The notes beneath the pieces were generated by a model, which worked only from the letters and a program-made list of their open reading frames with translations, had not been told where the DNA came from and searched no databases. Of a stretch of 64,000 bases of DNA, positions 47,628-55,902 are shown piece by piece. This stretch comes from Alphaproteobacteria bacterium. GTDB taxonomy: Bacteria > Pseudomonadota > Alphaproteobacteria > Rickettsiales > UBA1997. Each line of letters starts with the position of its first letter. Positions within the stretch are counted from its first letter, which is position 1. The stretch is taken from contig BJGH01000003.1 of the NCBI GenBank assembly GCA_014190355.1, positions 159,315-223,314 on the forward strand. Reading direction: 5' to 3'. A program made the translations under genes and the position numbers.

Positions 47628-47779
47628 TGTTATTTTGTTGTTGTATGTTATTTTTTTTAATTCCATTATAACTTGAATAATTAAGCCATAAAACCAGTAA
47701 AAAAATTACGAAACTAGTAATCAAAATTGTTAAAATAATTTTCATAAATTTAATTAGTATTTTTATTTTACAATAGCAA

Positions 47780-48406
47780 TTAACAGCCTTCTAGAATTTT
47801 CACAATTTCATTTTGGAGCTCAAAAATACCGTAATTTTTTTTAAAACTTGTGGTAATTACCTTAGGAATCGCCCAAGGATTTAATTTAATATGATTGTTA
47901 ATTTTTTCAAGTGCTAACTGCTGATCACTTAAATTTAATTTATCAATTTTTGTTAAAACCACTTGAAAATTAACATTGTATGATTTAAAAAACTCCATTA
48001 ATTCCTGATCATGATCTTTCAAGCCCTTCTGCGCCTCAATTAACAAAAAAACCCGTTTAAGGTTTTGACGATTATAAAGATAATCAATACTTAACTGTTG
48101 CCAGTGTTTAATTGAATCAAGAGAGTTTTTGGCATAACCATATCCAGGCATATCAACAATAATAAAGCCATCACGAAAGCCTGAAATTTTAAAAAAATTA
48201 AGATATTGAGTTCTTCCTGGGGTTGCTGAAGTGAGGGCTATTTTCTTACCAATTAAAGCATTGATCAAACTTGATTTACCCACATTAGATGCACCAATAA
48301 AAGCAATTTCTGGGAAATGATTATTTGGTAATTGTGTTAAATTATTAACACTCAATAAAAATTCACAATTACCGTTAAATATTTTATTTACCAAAAGATT
48401 TGCCAT
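47780..48406 (-). CDS. engB: Ribosome biogenesis GTP-binding protein EngB/YsxC
   Basis: G motifs GASNVGKSSLINAL, DMPGYGYA and TKIDK. Confidence 0.9.
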   Translation of the reverse strand: MANLLVNKIFNGNCEFLLSVNNLTQLPNNHFPEIAFIGASNVGKSSLINALIGKKIALTSATPGRTQYLNFFKISGFRDGFIIVDMPGYGYAKNSLDSIKHWQQLSIDYLYNRQNLKRVFLLIEAQKGLKDHDQELMEFFKSYNVNFQVVLTKIDKLNLSDQQLALEKINNHIKLNPWAIPKVITTSFKKNYGIFELQNEIVKILEGC

Positions 48407-48422
48407 TTAATTAAAATTTAAA

Positions 48423-49313
48423 TTATTTATTGTATTTTTCAAATTTTCGCTCTGCAAATTCAATCATCTTATTGGCAATATCAATTCCTGAAGCATTTTC
48501 AATACCTTCTAAACCTGGTGATGAATTTACCTCTAAAATTTTTACTCCGCTATTGGAGCGAACCATATCAACTCCAGCGATATCTAAACCCATTAATTGA
48601 GTTGCTTTTATAGCTATATCACGCTCTTTATCGCTAATTTCAATAGCCTTAGCAGTTGCTCCAAGATGAATATTGGCTCGAAATTCACCATCTGAAGCAA
48701 TACGCTCCATCGATGCCACAACCTCATTGCCAATCACAAAACAACGAATATCATGACCCTTTGATTCTTTAATAAATTGCTGAACCAAAACATCAGCGTG
48801 AAGACTACGAAAAGCATTGATAACACTTTCCGACGCTTTGCTAGTTTCAGCTAGAACTACTCCAACTCCCTTAGTTCCTTCTAGTAATTTAACAATCAAT
48901 GGTGAACCTCCAACCAACTTAATTAAATCCTTGGTGTCATATGATGAATTAGCAAAAGAAGTAATAGGAATATCAAGACCATGTTGAGCCATGATTTGCA
49001 AAGTATGCAATTTATCTCGCGATTGAGTTATAGCTTGGGAATTATTTAATAAATTAATTTTCATAATTTCCAGTTGTCGTAAAATTGCCGAACCATAAAA
49101 AGTCATTGCAGGCTTTAAACGAGGAATCACAACATCAACTTTCGATAATTTTTTTCCTTCATCGAAAAAAACTTCACAAGCATTTGCTGAAATTTTAAGA
49201 TAACAACCACCCACATTTACAAAATTGACTTGGTGTCCACGCTTTTGTGCAGACTCAATAATACGCTGATTTGAATATAGCTTAGGATTTGAGGCAAGAA
49301 GAATAATTTTCAT
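48423..49313 (-). CDS. rimK: RimK-family ATP-grasp ligase (ribosomal protein S6 glutamate ligase-like)
   Basis: 296 aa, collinear with RimK. Motifs PLIVKLLEGTKGVGV, GHDIRCFVIG and AGVDMVRS..G..ILEVNSSPGLEGIE. Confidence 0.9.
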   Translation of the reverse strand: MKIILLASNPKLYSNQRIIESAQKRGHQVNFVNVGGCYLKISANACEVFFDEGKKLSKVDVVIPRLKPAMTFYGSAILRQLEIMKINLLNNSQAITQSRDKLHTLQIMAQHGLDIPITSFANSSYDTKDLIKLVGGSPLIVKLLEGTKGVGVVLAETSKASESVINAFRSLHADVLVQQFIKESKGHDIRCFVIGNEVVASMERIASDGEFRANIHLGATAKAIEISDKERDIAIKATQLMGLDIAGVDMVRSNSGVKILEVNSSPGLEGIENASGIDIANKMIEFAERKFEKYNK

Positions 49314-49404
49314 TGGGTTTATTAAATATTGTGTTTGATTATTAAAAAAATTAGATTATTTGACGATTATTAGAAAATAAAAATTATATTGTCAAACAGT
49401 AATT

Positions 49405-49908
49405 TTAAATAATTTCAAATTCAATAGATTTTGTTTCGCGATAAGCTTTTAAAACCTCTTTTCGCTTTTTTTTGCCTTGCAGGAAAGACTTAGAGACATC
49501 TACAATTGTTTTTAACTGACTTAAAGTTTCACGACCAATAAGCATACGAAAAGCCATAGAATCTCTATTGGCAAGAGTCAATTCAATTCGTGCTTTTCGA
49601 TCACCCATTCTTAAATATGATTTGATGACAATTCTTTTTTCTTTTTTTCCACTTGAATCTGAAACCATTCTGCGTTCAACAATTCGAGCAATGCAACTTC
49701 TTTTCAATCTTTTATTTTTTTGCAAAGGATGAATATCAAATTTAACATATTCAACATCTTCGATAAAAAAATTCTCAATATTAAAAGCATGAATCGCCGA
49801 AGTTTTTGCACCTGTATCGACTTTACCTTTAATTGCCGGTAAGGCAATGCAATCTAATGAACACCACTCTTTCCAGCCAATTGTTTTTTTTGACTTAACC
49901 TTACTCAT
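49405..49908 (-). CDS. RimK-associated retropepsin-like protease (COG4067-type, so-called ATP-dependent zinc protease)
   Basis: IGWKEWCSLDCIALPAIKGKVDTGAKTSAIHA contains a DTGA aspartic-protease-like motif, and MLIGRETL lies near the C-terminus. It sits immediately upstream of rimK on the same strand. The ATG at 49908 avoids overlap with kdsB. Confidence 0.75.
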   Translation of the reverse strand: MSKVKSKKTIGWKEWCSLDCIALPAIKGKVDTGAKTSAIHAFNIENFFIEDVEYVKFDIHPLQKNKRLKRSCIARIVERRMVSDSSGKKEKRIVIKSYLRMGDRKARIELTLANRDSMAFRMLIGRETLSQLKTIVDVSKSFLQGKKKRKEVLKAYRETKSIEFEII

Positions 49909-49915
49909 GAAATTA

Positions 49916-50662
49916 CTAATTTTGGCGTTGTTTAATAAGATGGTTAACAATTGCTAAATCATCAGCGGTATCAACTGACAAAGGATGATTTTCAACGATT
50001 TTTACGCCAATTGATAAGTTATTTTCTAATGCCCTTAATTGCTCTAGACTTTCTCTTTTTTCCAAAGGCGATACTGGCAATTTAACAAATTTTTTCAAAG
50101 CAGAAATTTTATAAACATAAATTCCAATGTGATGAAGATATTGTCCAGTGTTGTCTTTGCTGTATGGAATTGGACTACGCGAAAAATATAATGCTCTATG
50201 ATCTTGACTAAGAGCGATTTTAACAATATTAGGATTGGTAATTTGACTTGGATCTTTGATTACAGTTGCAACAGTGGTAATATCAAAATCTGAATTTTGC
50301 GCTAACTCAACAGCACTAACAATAACTTCGGGATCAATGTCTGGCAGATCTCCTTGCAAATTTATTATCAAAGAAAATTGTTGATTTGAAGAGAGTTGAT
50401 ATTGCTCCAAAGCACTGTAAATTCTATCTGTTCCGGATGGCAAATCAGGATCAGTAATGATAAAATTTGCGTTAATTCTTTGAGCTTCATTAGCAATTTC
50501 TTTGCCATCACAGGCAATTAAAACATCTGCGACATTGGCTTTTAAAGCCTGTCTGTATACTCTTTCAATCATAGTTTGTCCAGCAATATCAGCCAGCGGC
50601 TTATTAGGCAATCTGGTTGATGCCATTCTAACTGGAATAATAATTAAATTTTTTTGTAACAT
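49916..50662 (-). CDS. kdsB: 3-deoxy-manno-octulosonate cytidylyltransferase (CMP-KDO synthetase)
   Basis: IIPVRMASTRLPNKPLADI, NLQGDLP and HIGIYVY motifs typical of KdsB. Confidence 0.92.
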   Translation of the reverse strand: MLQKNLIIIPVRMASTRLPNKPLADIAGQTMIERVYRQALKANVADVLIACDGKEIANEAQRINANFIITDPDLPSGTDRIYSALEQYQLSSNQQFSLIINLQGDLPDIDPEVIVSAVELAQNSDFDITTVATVIKDPSQITNPNIVKIALSQDHRALYFSRSPIPYSKDNTGQYLHHIGIYVYKISALKKFVKLPVSPLEKRESLEQLRALENNLSIGVKIVENHPLSVDTADDLAIVNHLIKQRQN

Positions 50663-51056
50663 ATTTAAACTAAATTATCACAAATCCTTGTCTATCAACA
50701 TTGAAAATGTATTTTAATAAATTATTAGCGAAGTTAAAATTTGCTAATTTAAAAATAGCAAAAGCTTTAAAACCATGTTTTTCTAAAGCTAGATAGATTT
50801 TAAATTTGCACTTGAAATATTATTTGAATTTTATTATACTTGGTTTTAAAATATTTTTTCTAGTGATTTTTTTTATTTTCTTAAAAAAATTTATTTAAAA
50901 AACTATTAACAAAAAAATTAGTTAAAGCAATTAGATCAAATTAATTAGTATTTAACAATTAGTTTTTAAATTTTATTAAAAATTTATCTAAAAAATTTTT
51001 TTGAACATCTTTTTATTACCGCTAAACTTTCTTAAAAGTTTTACTCAAGTCATCTT

Positions 51057-51132
51057 GAGCACGTAGCTCAGTCGGTAGAGCACCTCACTTTTAATGAGGT
51101 TGTCGTTGGTTCGATTCCAACCGTGCTCACCA
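51057..51132 (+). tRNA. tRNA-Lys (anticodon UUU)
   Basis: Manual fold: acceptor GAGCACG/CGTGCTC, D arm GCTC-AGTCGGTA-GAGC, anticodon arm CCTCA-CTTTTAA-TGAGG, T arm GTTGG-TTCGATT-CCAAC, encoded CCA. Confidence 0.93.
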
Positions 51133-51210
51133 TCCATTGCAATTATTTTTAAATTTTTTTTAACTAAAAAAAACTTAAGAGAGTTATATGTTTTAAGATA
51201 TTAATTTGCT

Positions 51211-52011
51211 TTATTGTATTACGCGCTCTTGATCAGGACCAAAATTAACTCTTTTTTTATCTCTTGGTCGCGCTTCACCTGCATTCGATCTTGGATCGCC
51301 TCTTAAATCTTTAGCAATACCGGCTAAATCCCCAGCTAAATTACTTTGTTTACCACGACCATCTATTCCAGCTGGAACTGGCTTTGAAGATGAAGCTAAA
51401 TCTAAAGCATCAATAGAAACTTGAGGCTGAGGTTTTTTTAATATTGGTTTAGGTTTGCCATTAATTAACGGATTTTTTTTCAACTGATCTGTTTGTGGTG
51501 GCTGATTTGAATCTTCATCTTTAGAAGATAAAGGTGATTTTTCTGTTTCACTAGATTGTGGATTAGCCCTGGCATTTGTAATAGCATTTTCAATATCTTC
51601 AACTCTTTGCAGGCGATCACTTATTTGATCTAGCGTTAAATCACCCCTATCATGTTTACTAAATTTATCATCATCACTATTTTTTGAATAATGTAAATGA
51701 AGTATTGGGAAAATAATAAACATTGCAAGAATTGGCGAAGCAAAAAAAGTAAGAGCACCCAATGCCAATCCAAGTTTACTAATTACCCCCATCTTTTTTT
51801 CTTTTGAAGATATTGACCCACCCTCATCAAACACTTCTTGATGAATAGGTTTTAATGATCTTTGGTCATGTTCCTGCTGCGAATTGTCTGCAGGATTAAT
51901 CATCTTTAATGATTTTGAGTCATCATTATTACCATTTGATTCTAATGCTGATTGCTGATCAGCAGAATCGTTACCCTTATCTCTGTGTATGACATTTGAA
52001 GACCATTTCAT
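51211..52011 (-). CDS. Hypothetical membrane protein with a hydrophobic hairpin and a Pro-rich C-terminus (Inc-like effector candidate)
   Basis: 266 aa. The polar N-terminal ~75 aa are followed by the hydrophobic block VISKLGLALGALTFFASPILAMFIIFPILHL. The C-terminus is rich in P, K, Q and D. It starts 10 nt after the stop of the OYE gene and ends 78 nt from tRNA-Lys. Confidence 0.6.
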   Translation of the reverse strand: MKWSSNVIHRDKGNDSADQQSALESNGNNDDSKSLKMINPADNSQQEHDQRSLKPIHQEVFDEGGSISSKEKKMGVISKLGLALGALTFFASPILAMFIIFPILHLHYSKNSDDDKFSKHDRGDLTLDQISDRLQRVEDIENAITNARANPQSSETEKSPLSSKDEDSNQPPQTDQLKKNPLINGKPKPILKKPQPQVSIDALDLASSSKPVPAGIDGRGKQSNLAGDLAGIAKDLRGDPRSNAGEARPRDKKRVNFGPDQERVIQ

Positions 52012-52021
52012 TTTTAAAAAA

Positions 52022-53122
52022 TTAACTTAAAAAGGGATAATCAGTGTAACCTTTATGATTTCCACCATAAAAAGTTGCACGATCATATTTGGTTAACTCG
52101 GAATTTTCTTTAATTCTTCTGACTAAATCAGGATTAGAAATAAAGTATCTGCCAAAAGCTATAGCATCAGCGTTACCATTAGCAACAACTTCCTTAGCAT
52201 TTTGTGGATTATAACCTCCTGCTGAAATCAATACTCCAGAAAATTTTTTTCGAAATAATTGGGCAGTATTTGGAGCGTCTTGAGCTATTTTATCACTCCC
52301 TCCTGCTGTTGATGCTCTAGGCTCAATTAAATGAACATAACCTATTTGCTTTTGTTCTAAATTTTCTAAAACATGACTAAATAAAGCAATTGGATCACTA
52401 TCGCTCATATCATTAAAAGTTCCATAAGGCGATAAACGCACACCTACTCTTTTATTTCCCCAAACAGCAATTATCTGCTCTAAAATTTCAAATAATAATC
52501 TCGCTTGGTTGGCAATACTTCCCCCATAATTATCAGTTCGATGATTTGATCCATCTTGTAAAAATTGATCAAGTAAATAACCATTTGCACTGTGAAGTTC
52601 TACCCCATCAAATCCCGCTTCCTTGGCATTAATTGCTGATTGTTTATAGTCATTTATTAAGGCTGGAATTTCTGATTCTTCTAAAGCTCTTGGGGTGAGA
52701 ATTGGTGTAGGTTTCCATGTTGCCGTATAAGTTCCAGAATTTTTTGCAGGTATAGCCGAAGGAGCAACTGGCAAAGCTTCATTAGGTTGCAAAGATGGAT
52801 GAGAAATTCTGCCAACATGCCATAATTGCAAAAATATTTTGCCATTTTCTTTGTGAACTTGATCAGTCACTAATTTCCAGCCAGCAATTTGCTCTTTGCT
52901 GTGAATACCTGGAGTTGCCGGATAGCCCTTACCTTGAGGAGAAATTTGGGTAGCTTCAGAAATAATTAAACCTGCAGTTGCTCTTTGAGCATAATATTGG
53001 GCATTAAGTTCATTGGGAATGTCTCCGGGTTGAGTGGAGCGCATTCTGGTAAGAGGAGCCATAATTATCCGATTATTTAAGGTTAAATCGCCAATTGTAA
53101 GGGGAGAAAATAGATCGGTCAT
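52022..53122 (-). CDS. NADH:flavin oxidoreductase, Old Yellow Enzyme family (NemA-like)
   Basis: 366 aa. Motifs MAPLTRMRS, HSANGYLLDQFL and GRYFISNPDL are typical of OYE/N-ethylmaleimide reductase. Confidence 0.9.
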   Translation of the reverse strand: MTDLFSPLTIGDLTLNNRIIMAPLTRMRSTQPGDIPNELNAQYYAQRATAGLIISEATQISPQGKGYPATPGIHSKEQIAGWKLVTDQVHKENGKIFLQLWHVGRISHPSLQPNEALPVAPSAIPAKNSGTYTATWKPTPILTPRALEESEIPALINDYKQSAINAKEAGFDGVELHSANGYLLDQFLQDGSNHRTDNYGGSIANQARLLFEILEQIIAVWGNKRVGVRLSPYGTFNDMSDSDPIALFSHVLENLEQKQIGYVHLIEPRASTAGGSDKIAQDAPNTAQLFRKKFSGVLISAGGYNPQNAKEVVANGNADAIAFGRYFISNPDLVRRIKENSELTKYDRATFYGGNHKGYTDYPFLS

Positions 53123-53231
53123 ATTTGTAAATTGATAAATTTTTAAAAATTAAATTATTGTAAACTAATTTTTTAAATAAACTTGCTTTGAATTTGTTAA
53201 CTTTTGTTAACAAATAATATTTTCAAGAATT

Positions 53232-54542
53232 TTAAAAAACTTTGTTAAAAATATCGTCAACATGCTTAGTATGATAACTTAAGTCAAAAAGTTCGCTAAG
53301 TTTTTTGTTACTTATTTTATTAGTTAATCGTGGGTCAGTTTTTAATAATTCCAAGAAATTGTTAGCTTGATTATGCCAAATTTTCATGGCATTTTCCTGA
53401 ACGATTTTATAAGCTTCTTCTCTACTAACTTCAGCTTCTTCAATTAATGTCAGCAAAACTCGTTGAGAAAAAACTAAACCACCCAGTTTATCAAGATTTT
53501 TTTGCATATTTTGCGGATAAACTAACAAATTTTCCAGCAAATTTGTTAGTCTTGCCAATGCAAAATCCAAAATGATACAGCTATCTGGAGCAATCATTCT
53601 TTCAACTGCTGAATGAGAAATATCACGCTCATGCCACAAGGCAATATTTTCCATAGCAGGATTAACATAACTTCTAATCATTCTTGCTAGTCCAGTTAAA
53701 TTTTCACTTAACACTGGATTACGCTTGTGAGGCATAGCTGAACTGCCTTTTTGTCCAGTTGAAAAAAATTCTTCAACTTCTAAAACTTCACTTCGTTGAA
53801 GATGACGAATTTCAACAGCAATATTTTCAATCGAACTAGCAATAATACCAAGAACTGCAAAAAACATTGCATGACGATCACGCGGAATAATCTGACTTGA
53901 GGTTGTTTCTTCCGATAATTGTAATTTCTTAGCAACATATTCTTGTACTTTAGGGTTTACATTAGCATGGGTTCCAACTGCTCCTGAAATCGCACAAACG
54001 GCAATTTCTTTTTTAACTTCTTTAAGTCTTTTTAAATTTCGTGAAAATTCTGCATAAAATCTTGCCAACTTCAGGCCAAATGTTGTTGGTTCAGCATGAA
54101 TACCATGAGATCTGCCAACGCATATTGTGTATTTATGCTCAAAAGCACGAGCTTTTAATACCTTTAAAAGATTTTCAAGATCTGTTATTAATAAATCACA
54201 AGATTGATTAAGTTGATAAGATAAACAAGTATCCAAAACATCTGAGCTGGTCATGCCGTAGTGAATGAAACGAGAATTTTCTCCGGTAATTTCTGCTAAA
54301 TGAGTAAGAAAAGCGATAACATCGTGCTTAGTGGTTTTTTCAATTTCATCTATGCGATTAACATCAAATTTACCACCTGCTTTTAAAAAATTCTCACGAA
54401 TTCTTTGGGCGGTTTTTAATGGAGCAATTTTTAATTCCTCAAGTGCCTCAAGAGCATAAATTTCAATATCAAACCAAATTTGGTACTTATTTTCTTGCGA
54501 CCAAATTTGTGTCATTTCTTTTCGCGAATATCTTAAAATCAT
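53232..54542 (-). CDS. purB: Adenylosuccinate lyase
   Basis: 436 aa. The fumarate-lyase signature is GSSAMPHKRNP. The N-terminus MILRYSRKEM..IWS is typical of PurB. Confidence 0.93.
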   Translation of the reverse strand: MILRYSRKEMTQIWSQENKYQIWFDIEIYALEALEELKIAPLKTAQRIRENFLKAGGKFDVNRIDEIEKTTKHDVIAFLTHLAEITGENSRFIHYGMTSSDVLDTCLSYQLNQSCDLLITDLENLLKVLKARAFEHKYTICVGRSHGIHAEPTTFGLKLARFYAEFSRNLKRLKEVKKEIAVCAISGAVGTHANVNPKVQEYVAKKLQLSEETTSSQIIPRDRHAMFFAVLGIIASSIENIAVEIRHLQRSEVLEVEEFFSTGQKGSSAMPHKRNPVLSENLTGLARMIRSYVNPAMENIALWHERDISHSAVERMIAPDSCIILDFALARLTNLLENLLVYPQNMQKNLDKLGGLVFSQRVLLTLIEEAEVSREEAYKIVQENAMKIWHNQANNFLELLKTDPRLTNKISNKKLSELFDLSYHTKHVDDIFNKVF

Positions 54543-54853
54543 AAATTAATTTCAATAAAATAATTTTTAAATAATTGTTTTTAATTTTTAAATTTTGTAA
54601 ATCAATCTTAACCGATTGATTATTACAAAGCTACTTTAAAGTTGAAAAATTTTATTACTACTTGTCTCTTAAAGATTGATTATTAAATCTCAATTATTAG
54701 TTGAAATGGTATTATTTGTATTTTTTTATTCAAAGTTTAAAGAAAATTAAAATAATTTTAGCTTACTAAGACTGTAATCAATTAGAATGACTTTAAGATG
54801 GGCTATTTATTATTTTCAAATCCAGAGCTTTTTTTCATCAAATTATTAACTAG

Positions 54854-55855
54854 CTATTTTTTTTTAGAAGGTTGATTACAACTTACTTTAGTTGATTGAG
54901 GGTTTGAAGGTTCTAATCCTGGCATAAATGAAGATCCATCTTGTCTTTGACCCAACTGCGCTGATTTATATAGATCTTTTGTTTTTTCTAACAATCCTGC
55001 TGGTTTTTCTAATTCTTCTATTGTTTTCATATTTTTTTTTATTATTTCTAATTGATCTTCTTGACTTATATCAATATCACAAATTTCTTTCTTTAATTCT
55101 CTAATATATTCTTTATTTTTATCGAGCTCTTCTTTTGTTAAAATTAAATTTGCTAAAAATTCTGTTTGAAATCCACATAAAAATTCTATTGTTTTTTGAT
55201 TAGATTCTTCTGTGCCAGATAATTCTTCCAAAGCTAGATTATATAATTTATCTATATTTTCCTTAGTTAAAAAGCTTTTAATTTTTGGATTAAAATTTCG
55301 ATTTCCAAGAACTCCCGGCCATGGTTGAGAAATATTTTTTTCATCTAATAATTTTTTATGAACTTCATGAAGCATTTCATTACTCAATACTATCTCTGGA
55401 AGTTCACCATAAATTTCTTTTTTTTCATTCTTTAGAATTGTTATATTATATTTTATTATTTCTTGAAATCGAAGAATTTTTGCCTTTTCAATTATTGAAA
55501 TAATATTATCTTGTTTAGCAATTTGCATTAAAGTAGCAATTTTAGTAAAACCAGACACTGGTTGATTAATACATGCAGCCAGATAATCTTCTGATACTTT
55601 ATCAAGTATTTTAAGTATTTCGGGGTTCTTTGCAATTTCTCTTACAACTAAAAGTGCCGAAGACAAAATTTCTGTTTTATTACAAAATTCTATATTTTCT
55701 GAAGTAAAACGATAAAACAAGCTATAAGTTGGACATTTTATTTTAGAATTATAAACATCTACTCCCTCAAAATCAGGACAAGAAGAAAAATATACTTCAT
55801 AAGCATCTTGGATAATATCTAAAATTTTAATATTTGAATTAAGAATCTCTGGCAA
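54854..55855 (-). CDS. C-terminal fragment of a split LRR effector; NEL-like (IpaH/SspH-type E3 ligase) domain candidate
   Basis: 333-aa ORF whose only start is a TTG. Its frame stays open upstream to 55993 and continues the LRR motif (YLSGCNNLSSE) when joined across the A9 tract. YSLFYRFT...EDYLAACINQPV is collinear, from memory, with the IpaH9.8 segment FSAFLDRL...ATESCEDRV, and QPWPGVLGNR resembles WGPWHAVLKR. Confidence 0.6.
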   Translation of the reverse strand: MPEILNSNIKILDIIQDAYEVYFSSCPDFEGVDVYNSKIKCPTYSLFYRFTSENIEFCNKTEILSSALLVVREIAKNPEILKILDKVSEDYLAACINQPVSGFTKIATLMQIAKQDNIISIIEKAKILRFQEIIKYNITILKNEKKEIYGELPEIVLSNEMLHEVHKKLLDEKNISQPWPGVLGNRNFNPKIKSFLTKENIDKLYNLALEELSGTEESNQKTIEFLCGFQTEFLANLILTKEELDKNKEYIRELKKEICDIDISQEDQLEIIKKNMKTIEELEKPAGLLEKTKDLYKSAQLGQRQDGSSFMPGLEPSNPQSTKVSCNQPSKKK

Positions 55856-55902
55856 GATTAATTCTAAATCTTTATTATCTTTATTTTTTTCAAGAAAAGC
55901 TT

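Noticed and set aside
50663..51210. Integrated element or genomic island boundary at tRNA-Lys (and similarly at tRNA-Glu 25147..25221 and tRNA-Arg 56970..57046)
   Set aside because: No integrase, no phage genes and no direct repeat of the tRNA 3' end were found nearby. Adjacency of effector-like genes to tRNAs is noted but is insufficient to call an island.
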